Shown here in pieces: positions 41,866 through 50,677 of a stretch of 64,000 nucleotides of DNA. Each line of letters starts with the position of its first letter. Positions within the stretch are counted from its first letter, which is position 1. Origin of the DNA: Candidatus Palauibacter sp. (GTDB lineage Bacteria; Gemmatimonadota; Gemmatimonadetes; Palauibacterales; Palauibacteraceae); NCBI RefSeq assembly GCF_965237495.1, contig NZ_OZ250143.1:298734-362733 (forward strand), read 5' to 3'. The position numbers and the translations under genes are program-made. The notes under the pieces are model-generated. The model was given only the letters and a program-made list of their open reading frames with translations, searched no databases and was not told the DNA's origin.

Positions 41866-44800
41866 ATGAGTACAACAACGTCCGGGACGCCGAGGCTTCG
41901 CAGCGCCGAGCGACGTCATTACCGACATCTATTGTCTGCGTCGCTCCTTCTCGTCTTTCTCGTCGGGATTACCTCCTGCGGAGGAGACGGGACAACGGAT
42001 CCGCCGCCCCCGCCCCCGCCACCCGCACCGGTGGCACCGGTGGCCGTCGGCTCGATCCCGGCGCAGGTCCTCACCGCGGGACAGACGGTGACCGTGGATG
42101 TGACGCCATTCTTCAGCGACCCGGATGGGGGCACCCTGACCTACACCGCTTCATCGTCAGCCCCGGCTGCGCTGTCCGTCTCGATCTCCGGCAGCAACCT
42201 GACGGTGGAGGCGGTGGCGCCGGGCACGGCGACGGTGACGGTGACGGCCACGGACCCGGACGGTCTGACGGCGACGCAGAGTGTCGAGGTGACGGTAGAG
42301 GCGGCCAACCAGGCGCCGGAGGCGGTGGGGACGATCCCCGCGCAGACGACGACGGCCGGCCAGACGGCGACCGTGGACGTGTCGCCCTTCTTCAGCGACC
42401 CTGACGGGGACGATCTGACGTACACGGCGGAGTCGAGCGACACGGACGCGGTGACGGTCAGCATATCGGGGAGCAGCCTGACGGTGGCGGCGGTGGCGCC
42501 GGGTACGGCGACGGTGACGGTGACGGCGTCCGATCCGGACGGCCTGACCGCGACGCAGAGCGCGGAGGTGACCGTAGAGGCGGCCAACCAGGCGCCCGAG
42601 GCGGTGGGGACGATCCCCGCTCAGACGATGACGGCCGGCCAGACGGCGACCGTGGACGTGTCTTCGTTCTTCAGCGATCCCGACGGGGACGAGCTGACGT
42701 ACACGGCGGAGTCGAGCGACACGGACGCGGTGACGGTCAGCATATCGGGGAGCAGCCTGACGGTGACGGCCGTGTCGGAGGGAACGGCGACGGTGACGGT
42801 GACGGCGTCCGACCCGGACGGTCTGACGGCGACGCAGAGCGCCGAGGTGACGGTCGCGGCGGCGAACCAGGCGCCCGAGGCGGTGGGGACGATCCCCGCT
42901 CAGACGATGACGGCCGGCCGGACGGCGACCGTGGACGTGTCTTCGTTCTTCAGCGATCCGGACGGTGACGATCTGACGTACGCGGCGGAGTCGAGCAACA
43001 CGGACGCGGTGACGGTCAGCATATCGGGGAGCAGCCTGACGGTGACGGCCGTGTCGGAGGGAACGGCGACGGTGACGGTGACGGCGTCCGACCCGGACGG
43101 TCTGACCGCGACGCAGAGCGCCGAGGTGACGGTCGAGGCGGCGAACCAGGCGCCCGAGGCGGTGGGGACGATCCCCGCGCAGACGATCACGGCCGGCCGG
43201 ACGGCGACCGTGGAGGTGTCTTCGTTCTTCAGCGATCCGGACGGGGACGACCTGACGTACGCGGCGGAGTCGAGCAACACGGACGCGGTGACGGTCAGCA
43301 TATCGGGGAGCGGCCTGACGGTGACGGCCGTGGCGGCGGGTACGGCGACGGTGACGGTGACGGCGGCGGACTCGGACGGTCTGACGGCGACGCAGAGCGC
43401 CGAGGTGACGGTCGAGGCGGCGAACCAGGCACCCGAGGCGGTGGGGACGATCCCCGCGCAGACGATCACGGCCGGCCGGACGGCGACCGTGGATGTGTCG
43501 CCGTTCTTCAGCGATCCGGACGGTGACGACCTGACGTACGCGGCGGAGTCGAGCCACACGGCCGCGGTGACGGTCAGCCTCTCGGGGAGCGGCCTGACGG
43601 TGACGGCCGTGGCTGCGGGTGCGGCGACGGTGACGGTGACGGCGTCCGACCCGGATGGCCTGACGGCGACGCAGAGTGCCGAGGTGACGGTCGAGGCGGC
43701 CAACCAGGCGCCCGAGGCGGTGGGGACGATTCCCTCGCAGACGATGACCGAGGGCGACGCCGTGACGCTGGACGTGTCCTCCTTCTTCAGCGACCCGGAA
43801 GGAGAGGACCTGACGTACGCGGCGGAGTCGAGCAACACGGACGCGGTGACGGTCAGCCTCTCGGGGAGCAGCCTGACGGTGATGGCCGTGGCGGCGGGTA
43901 CGGCGACGGTGACGGTGACGGCGTCCGACCCGGATGGCCTGACCGCGACGCAGAGCGCCGAGGTGACGGTCGAGGCGGGCAACCGGGCGCCCGAGGCGTT
44001 GGGGACGATTCCCGCCCAGACGGTGAAGCAGTTCGACGCCGTGACCGTGAACATGTTCTGGTTCTTCAGGGATCCGGACGATGACGAGCTGACATACGCG
44101 GCGGAGTCGAGCAACACGGCGGCGGTGACGGTCAGCATGGAGGGCAGCGTCCTGACGTTGACGGTGGTGGCGGCGGGGACGGCGACGGTGACGGTGACCG
44201 CGTCGGATCCGGACGGCTTGACGACGACTCAGAACGTGGAGGTCATCGCCGAGGAGGGCGGCGGATTCAGGGACCACTTCGACACCGCCGCCAGTCTGGA
44301 CGACTGGGACCTCTACAGATCCACGGCTGAGGTGTTCGACGGGGTTCTGTACGTGACGCCGGACGGCACTGGGGATATCGGAACGGCGGATCGCGTGTTT
44401 GACGCCCCGGTGACGGACTGGAAGGTCGGCGTGAGCATGGCCCGAGGCACAGCCGGCGAGGGCGTGGTCGCGTGGTTTGTGATGGGCCACCCCCGGTTCC
44501 GCTTCTGGAGGTTGTCAATCGGGCCGTTCGGAGAAAACAACTACTTCCTGCATGTGTGGGATCGAGAGAGCGCAAACGAAGAGAAGTACGTGCTGATAAC
44601 GAATCTCTCCGGCCACTCGGATGCGATCACCGATGAGGTGAACGAATTCACGGAGATGACTCTCCTGCACCGGAACGGACAGTTCGCCCTCCTCGCGGGA
44701 GGCGTGGAACTGTTCAGACTGAACAGCGCGAACCAGACGTTCAGGGGTGCTGACCTGGACCACATGCTCGAAAGCGTGGAGACAATCTGGCTCGGGGCCG

Positions 44801-44979
44801 TTAGCGAGGGGACGGCATCCTTCGATTGGGCGTATGCGAGTGGCACGGAGATCAGCGCGAGCGCGGCGAACCCGGCGGGGCCGCCACCCATGGGCGCCTC
44901 TCCGCGTCTTCCGGAAGGCGCGAAACAGGCGCGGCCGGGGAACCTGACCGACACTCTCCGTCCCGGGAAGGGTCGATAG
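41866..44979 (+). CDS. Lipoprotein with eight tandem cadherin/Ig-like repeats and a C-terminal beta-sandwich domain
   Basis: Lipobox ITSC, poly-Pro, eight repeats with FF.DPD.D; start uncertain. Confidence 0.87.
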   Translation: MSTTTSGTPRLRSAERRHYRHLLSASLLLVFLVGITSCGGDGTTDPPPPPPPPAPVAPVAVGSIPAQVLTAGQTVTVDVTPFFSDPDGGTLTYTASSSAPAALSVSISGSNLTVEAVAPGTATVTVTATDPDGLTATQSVEVTVEAANQAPEAVGTIPAQTTTAGQTATVDVSPFFSDPDGDDLTYTAESSDTDAVTVSISGSSLTVAAVAPGTATVTVTASDPDGLTATQSAEVTVEAANQAPEAVGTIPAQTMTAGQTATVDVSSFFSDPDGDELTYTAESSDTDAVTVSISGSSLTVTAVSEGTATVTVTASDPDGLTATQSAEVTVAAANQAPEAVGTIPAQTMTAGRTATVDVSSFFSDPDGDDLTYAAESSNTDAVTVSISGSSLTVTAVSEGTATVTVTASDPDGLTATQSAEVTVEAANQAPEAVGTIPAQTITAGRTATVEVSSFFSDPDGDDLTYAAESSNTDAVTVSISGSGLTVTAVAAGTATVTVTAADSDGLTATQSAEVTVEAANQAPEAVGTIPAQTITAGRTATVDVSPFFSDPDGDDLTYAAESSHTAAVTVSLSGSGLTVTAVAAGAATVTVTASDPDGLTATQSAEVTVEAANQAPEAVGTIPSQTMTEGDAVTLDVSSFFSDPEGEDLTYAAESSNTDAVTVSLSGSSLTVMAVAAGTATVTVTASDPDGLTATQSAEVTVEAGNRAPEALGTIPAQTVKQFDAVTVNMFWFFRDPDDDELTYAAESSNTAAVTVSMEGSVLTLTVVAAGTATVTVTASDPDGLTTTQNVEVIAEEGGGFRDHFDTAASLDDWDLYRSTAEVFDGVLYVTPDGTGDIGTADRVFDAPVTDWKVGVSMARGTAGEGVVAWFVMGHPRFRFWRLSIGPFGENNYFLHVWDRESANEEKYVLITNLSGHSDAITDEVNEFTEMTLLHRNGQFALLAGGVELFRLNSANQTFRGADLDHMLESVETIWLGAVSEGTASFDWAYASGTEISASAANPAGPPPMGASPRLPEGAKQARPGNLTDTLRPGKGR
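42030..44250 (+). repeat. 279-bp (93-aa) intragenic tandem repeat x8
   Basis: AACCAGGCG units at 42307, 42586, 42865 and onward, spaced 279 bp. Confidence 0.9.
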
Positions 44980-44986
44980 GCGGGCC

Positions 44987-47900
44987 ATGATGGCATGCAC
45001 CTCGGGTGTGCCCCGGCGATCCTTCGGCTCCTGGCGCGGGCGTGTGGCGGCGACGCTCGGTGCTCTCCTGGCGGTCCTCTCCTGTGGCGACGATACGGGC
45101 ACGCCAGGGCCCACGACACCTACCCAGCCGACGGCGTTCGTGCCCGCGAGGGTCACGCTTGAGCCGGCGGAGGTCAACGTCGTGGCGGGCGATACGGTCC
45201 GCGTAAAGGCGACCGTCTACAACGATCGCGCGCAGCCGATCTCCGATGCCGCGGTGACGTGGACGAGCGGCGAGCCCACGATCGCCACCGTCGACGCGAC
45301 GGGGCTCGTGACCGGCCTGAAGGCGGGCAACGCGAGCCTCGCCGCCACGTCGGGGCCGGCCGCGGCGACCGCCCCCGTCACCGTGCGAAGCCTGGATCGG
45401 GCGACGCTCATCGACCTGTACAACGGCGCCTCCGGCGCAGACTGGACCAACCATCGGAACTGGGCCTCGGACGAGCCGATCGGAAGCTGGCACGGCGTCG
45501 TGGCGAATGCGGAGTCCCGCGTGACGGCGCTGCAGCTGAGCGACAACGGGCTCAAGGGGCAGCTCCCGGAGAACCTCGGGGACCTGGCCTTCCTCACCGA
45601 ACTGCGGTTGGACGGCAACGCGGGACTCTCCGGTCCGATCCCGTTTTCGCTCTCGGAGTTGGGCATCCAGACGCTCCACCATGGCGGCACGAAGCTGTGC
45701 ACGGTGCGGGACGAAGGGTTCCGGGCGTGGCTGAACGCCATCCCGACGCGCGACGGCGAGTTCATCGCATGTAACGAGGACCGTGAAGACCTCATGAGGC
45801 TCTACGAGGCGATGGGCGGCGAGGGCTGGTCGAACTCGAGAAACTGGGGGACCGACGCGTCACTCGAGGACTGGGCCGGCATCGCGCTCGACCCGACCAC
45901 CGGGCGGGTGGCGGGGATGAACCTCAGCCGCAACAACCTCACCGGAGAGATCCCTCCGGAGATCCAGTACTTCGAGCACCTGGAATTCCTGCGCCTGGAC
46001 TACAACCGGCTCGAAGGCGAAATCCCGCCGGAGATCGGCGAACTCACCGAATTGGTGCGGTTGGATCTCGACGGGAACAACTTCACCGGCCAGATCCCGC
46101 CGGAAATCGGGGACCTCGGGAAGCTGGTAGTGCTCTGGCTGGGCGCTGGCGGACTCACCGGCCCCATCCCGCCCGAGCTGGGCAACCTCCGAAGACTCCA
46201 GGAACTCCGTTTGTATAAGGCCCGATTCGAAGGTTCGATTCCGGAGGAGTTGGGGAACCTGACCCAGCTGCGAGTACTGGAGATCTCGGATACCGGCATC
46301 GACGGTCCCCTTCCGGAGAGTCTGGGACGGCTCAGAAACCTCATGGAGCTCTACATCTACAGGACCGGTCTGACGGGCCCCCTTCCCGCGGCGCTTGGCA
46401 AGATGAGACGCCTGGCGCTGCTCGTGCTCTCCGCCAACGAGATCGATGGACCCCTCCCCGCGGATTTCGGTGACGCCAGCGCGCTCTTCAAAGTGTGGCT
46501 GCATGACAATCCCGAGCTGTCCGGCCCTCTGCCCGAGAGCATGACGCAGCTCGAGCGAATCTTCGAACTGCGCGCGGACGGCACCGGACTGTGCATGCCC
46601 CGGACGCCCACCTTCCGAACCTGGCTGGAATCGGCTCTCGTGAAGTACCGGATGCGTCTGTGTGGAGCGGAAGCGCACGCGGAGGCCTATCTGACGCAGG
46701 CTGCGCAGTCGCGCGAATACCCTGTCCCCCTCGTCGCCGGAGAGAGCGCGTTCCTGCGCGTCTTCGTGATGACCGAGCACGAGACCGCGGCAACGATCCC
46801 TCCCGTCCGGGCGACGTTCTTCCGGGACGGCGGGGAGGTGCACGTGGAGAACATCCCCGCCGGTTCGTCCGCAGTTCCGGTGGAGGTGCGGGAGGGCGAA
46901 CTCGACCTGTCGGCCAACGCCCTGATCCCGGCCGAGGTGATTCAGCCCGGACTGGAGATGGTCGTCGAGGTTGACCCCGATGGCACGCTCGATCCCGATC
47001 TCGGTGTGTCGAAGCGCATCCCCGAGAGCGGGCGGGTGGCAGTGGATGTCAGGGAAGTACCCCCCCTCTATCTCACCCTGATTCCGTTTGTCTCGACGAC
47101 GGACAACGACCGCGCGGCCGCGGAGTTCGTCAGTACCGCCGACCCGGACGACGAGATCTTCTGGCATGCGCGCAACCTGCTCCCGGTCGCCGACTTCGAA
47201 ATCACCACACACGAGCCCGTCACGGTCGACACGGACGCCATCGACCAAATCCTGTCCGACGTGGGACGAATCCGGCAGATGGAGGAAGGGATCGGATACT
47301 GGATGGGTCTGATCCCGAACCCCTCGGGTGGCAGAGGCATTGCGTACCTTCCGTTCTCCACCGGCAGACGTGCGTTCCGGGGAAAGACCAGCGTCTCGGT
47401 GTTGGACGCGGAAGTGATCGCGCACGAACTCGGACACAACATGAGCCTGCTCCATGCGGGCTGCGGAGATCCCGCCGCCGTGGACCCGATGTTCCCCTAT
47501 GAGAGCGGGCGGACCGGAGTCTGGGGATACGACCCGCGGGATGGCGGGTCACTCGTCCCTCCCGACCGGGCGGACCTGATGAGCTACTGCGACCCCGTCT
47601 GGATCAGCGACTATTTCTTCCTGAACGCGGTGCGTTGGCGGTTCATGGATCCGCTGGAGGTTCGGGGGCCTCAGGCGCGCAGGGTGCTCCTCGTCTCCGG
47701 CAGGGCCGCCCCGGATGGGTCGCTCCATCTCGATCCCGCCTTTGTCGCCCAAGCGCCGCCGTTCGTCCCGTACGTCTCCGGTCCGTACACCTTGAGCGGG
47801 AGGCGGGCCGATGGAAGCGAGTTGTTCTCGGCGAGCTTCGAGATGGCGGAGATCCTGGACGGGGACGGGGGGTCCGGGTTCACCTTCGCGCTTCCGGTGC

Positions 47901-48151
47901 AGTCCGAGTGGGAATCGGAACTGGTGAGCCTCGCACTCTCCGGACCGGGCGGTACGGTCGAGATCCGGGAGGGAAGCACACCGCCGATGGCGATCATGCG
48001 CGACCCCGCGACGGGCCAGGTGCGCGCCATCCTCCGCAACCTTCCGTCGGGTCCGCTTGCGCGCAGCGAGGCGGAGTCGCGCGCTCCCGAGTCGGGGCTG
48101 GAGGTGCTGGTGAGCAGCGGGCTCCCCGGCGCGGAGGCCTGGCGGCGATGA
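44987..48151 (+). CDS. Lipoprotein: Ig-like (Big_2) + plant-type leucine-rich repeats + M66-like zinc metalloprotease
   Basis: Lipobox VLSC; LxxLxLxxNxLxGxIPxEIG repeats with two N-caps; AHELGHNMSLLH, DLMSYC Met-turn. Confidence 0.85.
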   Translation: MMACTSGVPRRSFGSWRGRVAATLGALLAVLSCGDDTGTPGPTTPTQPTAFVPARVTLEPAEVNVVAGDTVRVKATVYNDRAQPISDAAVTWTSGEPTIATVDATGLVTGLKAGNASLAATSGPAAATAPVTVRSLDRATLIDLYNGASGADWTNHRNWASDEPIGSWHGVVANAESRVTALQLSDNGLKGQLPENLGDLAFLTELRLDGNAGLSGPIPFSLSELGIQTLHHGGTKLCTVRDEGFRAWLNAIPTRDGEFIACNEDREDLMRLYEAMGGEGWSNSRNWGTDASLEDWAGIALDPTTGRVAGMNLSRNNLTGEIPPEIQYFEHLEFLRLDYNRLEGEIPPEIGELTELVRLDLDGNNFTGQIPPEIGDLGKLVVLWLGAGGLTGPIPPELGNLRRLQELRLYKARFEGSIPEELGNLTQLRVLEISDTGIDGPLPESLGRLRNLMELYIYRTGLTGPLPAALGKMRRLALLVLSANEIDGPLPADFGDASALFKVWLHDNPELSGPLPESMTQLERIFELRADGTGLCMPRTPTFRTWLESALVKYRMRLCGAEAHAEAYLTQAAQSREYPVPLVAGESAFLRVFVMTEHETAATIPPVRATFFRDGGEVHVENIPAGSSAVPVEVREGELDLSANALIPAEVIQPGLEMVVEVDPDGTLDPDLGVSKRIPESGRVAVDVREVPPLYLTLIPFVSTTDNDRAAAEFVSTADPDDEIFWHARNLLPVADFEITTHEPVTVDTDAIDQILSDVGRIRQMEEGIGYWMGLIPNPSGGRGIAYLPFSTGRRAFRGKTSVSVLDAEVIAHELGHNMSLLHAGCGDPAAVDPMFPYESGRTGVWGYDPRDGGSLVPPDRADLMSYCDPVWISDYFFLNAVRWRFMDPLEVRGPQARRVLLVSGRAAPDGSLHLDPAFVAQAPPFVPYVSGPYTLSGRRADGSELFSASFEMAEILDGDGGSGFTFALPVQSEWESELVSLALSGPGGTVEIREGSTPPMAIMRDPATGQVRAILRNLPSGPLARSEAESRAPESGLEVLVSSGLPGAEAWRR

Positions 48152-48158
48152 TTCAAGG

Positions 48159-50675
48159 TTGAGGCCGGGGCTTGTCTCCAGTGGCGATGGTGTGAAGCCG
48201 CCCCCGCCCCCGCCCGGTGTTGCGCAAGCCTTCGCGGCCGCACTCGGTGTCCTGCTGTTGGTGCTGATCGGGGCGTGCCGGCGCGAAATCGATCCGGTCG
48301 GTCCGTCCGCCACTCGCGCGCCTGCGCCGGCGACGATACCTGCCACCGGCACGGCGATCCGCGTGAGTCCGAAGACGGTCGCGTTCTTCTCCCGGACCGG
48401 AGATCCGGATCGGGAGCTTGAATTCGAGGCCCGGTTGTTGGATGCCGCCGGGGAACCGGTGGACGCGACAGCCGTGAGCTGGACCGTAGCCGCCGGGGGC
48501 GAGGGAGCGGGACTTCGGGTCACCGGCACCGCCCTGTCGGCGGACACGCACACGTCCGTGGCCAACGTGAGTTCCGGCAGCCCGGGGCGGGGTTCCGTAC
48601 TCGCCAGCGCGGGTCCCGTGTCGGGCCGCGCGACGCTCAGGCACTGGCACTGGCTCGACGGCGCCCTGCGCGGGCCGAACTGGGGCCTGCCGGGCCAGGT
48701 CCACTGTCTCGATGTCGATCTTGCCGCTACGGACGCTCAGGGAGCGGCCGTGCGGCTCGACGAGTTCGACGGCCTGTTCGTGGTTTCGCTGAACGACGGA
48801 GTGGCGGTCGTCGATTCCCTGAACTTCTCCGGCGACGGCGCCTCGGCGCGGCTCTGCACGACCGGTCGTTCGGCCGGCACCACCGTGATAGGGGTCGTTG
48901 CCTGGGACACGACCTCGTTCAGCTACGTGGGGCAATACACCGACTACCACGTGATCGAGGCACCGGTGACGGTGGCGTTCGGCGCCGATCGCTGGGAGTT
49001 GGGTATCGGGCAGTCGGCCCGCGCATCGGTAACGCTGCGAGACAATCGCGGCGCAACGGTGCCCCTGCGGCCGGAATGGCTGGATTCGTTCGGAATCGAC
49101 GACGCATCCGTGGCCGCGATGGAGGACGGGCGGCTCAAGGGGATCTCCGCGGGCTCGACCACGCTACGCGTCGACTATCTCGGGCAGGAGGTCAGCAGGG
49201 CGGTGGATGTGTTCACCGTCGTGGATTGGCGCTTCAACGCGGATATCGCCTGCGTCCTGTTGCAGCAGGGCTCGCTGCGGTGCTGGGGCGATCGGGGCAG
49301 GGCCCTGTGGGGCTACGGCCAAGCCCGCTCGGATCTCGTGGGGCCGACGATGGTCGGCGACCTGCCGCTTGGCGGACCGGCCGTCCAGCTCCGCGGTGCA
49401 TTCCAGTGGGAATGCGCGCGCATGGCGGCGGGTGACGTGCGGTGCTGGGGGGCATCCGGCGGAGGAGTACTCGGGTACGGCAACCGTCGCGCGATCGGCG
49501 ACGACGAGACGCCCGCGGCCGCGGGTCCGGTGCCCGTCGGCGGCGGAACCGCCGCGGATCTCGGCGGTGGCGATGATTTCACGTGCGCGGTCTTCGACTC
49601 CGGACGGGTTCGCTGCTGGGGAAACAACCATGCGGGTCAACTGGGCCTGGGACACCAGCGGGAACTCGTGGTGGGCGACAACGAAACCTCCGACGCGACG
49701 GGTGACGTGGTTCTGGGGGGCCATGCCGTCCAGGTCGTGGGGGGACGGTACAGCGCGTGCGCCTTGCTCGACACGGGCAAAGTGCGGTGCTGGGGTTACA
49801 ACGGCGAGGCATGGAATCACGTCACCGGAAGATCCAGAGGGCTGAACCTGGGTCTCGGATACGGCGGGCGGGACATGCGTGAACCCATCGGCGACGACGA
49901 GACGCCGGAGTCGATGGGCGACCTGCCCCTTCCAGGCAGAGCCACCAAGCTCGCGGCAGGCGGTTACCACGTCTGCGCCATCATGGAGGGCGGGGAAGTC
50001 AGGTGCTGGGGGCGTAACTCTCATGGCGCTCTGGGCCACGGGTGGGGGCCGGGACTCAGCATCGGTGACGATGAGTCGGTTGCCCAGACGATCCCGCTCT
50101 TCTTTCCTTCGCCCGTCGTAGACATCGCGGCGGGGTATTGGCACAACTGCGCCCTGACGGAGGCGGGGTCGGTGTGGTGTTGGGGTCGCAATGCAAGCGG
50201 GCAACTCGGCCTCCCCGGGTGGGAGAGGATCGGAGACAATGAGCCCGCAATGGCGGCGGGCCCGGTCGATGTGGGCGGCCCGGTGGAACGGATCTTCGCC
50301 TTCGCGGACGGCACCTGTGCGGTCGTCCGAGGCGGCGGGCTGCGATGTTGGGGATACAACGGCGGGATTCTCGGCTACGAATTCAGCAGCAACATCGGCC
50401 GCAGTCAAACCCCCGCTTCCGTTGGCGACATTACGCTGTTCCCGGGCGCCATCCTCGAGGACAGCCACGGCGCGTCGGGTCCGCCGCCGGAACAGGCCGC
50501 ACCCGATGCGGTCCGGTCCGTGATGATGGCGCCCGCCTCCCGATATGCGGAGTGGCTGGGTCCACTGGCCGGGCCGCGCGGCGTCATCCTCCTGGATTCG
50601 CTGCCCGCGATCTCGCCTCGCGTGACCGACCTGTCACGTCGGATCAACGCGAGTTCCCGGGACGGCGGATCGTGA
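48159..50675 (+). CDS. RCC1-repeat lipoprotein
   Basis: Lipobox IGAC; seven C....G.VRCWG.N..G.LG repeats with GDDETP spacers. Confidence 0.85.
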   Translation: MRPGLVSSGDGVKPPPPPPGVAQAFAAALGVLLLVLIGACRREIDPVGPSATRAPAPATIPATGTAIRVSPKTVAFFSRTGDPDRELEFEARLLDAAGEPVDATAVSWTVAAGGEGAGLRVTGTALSADTHTSVANVSSGSPGRGSVLASAGPVSGRATLRHWHWLDGALRGPNWGLPGQVHCLDVDLAATDAQGAAVRLDEFDGLFVVSLNDGVAVVDSLNFSGDGASARLCTTGRSAGTTVIGVVAWDTTSFSYVGQYTDYHVIEAPVTVAFGADRWELGIGQSARASVTLRDNRGATVPLRPEWLDSFGIDDASVAAMEDGRLKGISAGSTTLRVDYLGQEVSRAVDVFTVVDWRFNADIACVLLQQGSLRCWGDRGRALWGYGQARSDLVGPTMVGDLPLGGPAVQLRGAFQWECARMAAGDVRCWGASGGGVLGYGNRRAIGDDETPAAAGPVPVGGGTAADLGGGDDFTCAVFDSGRVRCWGNNHAGQLGLGHQRELVVGDNETSDATGDVVLGGHAVQVVGGRYSACALLDTGKVRCWGYNGEAWNHVTGRSRGLNLGLGYGGRDMREPIGDDETPESMGDLPLPGRATKLAAGGYHVCAIMEGGEVRCWGRNSHGALGHGWGPGLSIGDDESVAQTIPLFFPSPVVDIAAGYWHNCALTEAGSVWCWGRNASGQLGLPGWERIGDNEPAMAAGPVDVGGPVERIFAFADGTCAVVRGGGLRCWGYNGGILGYEFSSNIGRSQTPASVGDITLFPGAILEDSHGASGPPPEQAAPDAVRSVMMAPASRYAEWLGPLAGPRGVILLDSLPAISPRVTDLSRRINASSRDGGS

Positions 50676-50677
50676 CG

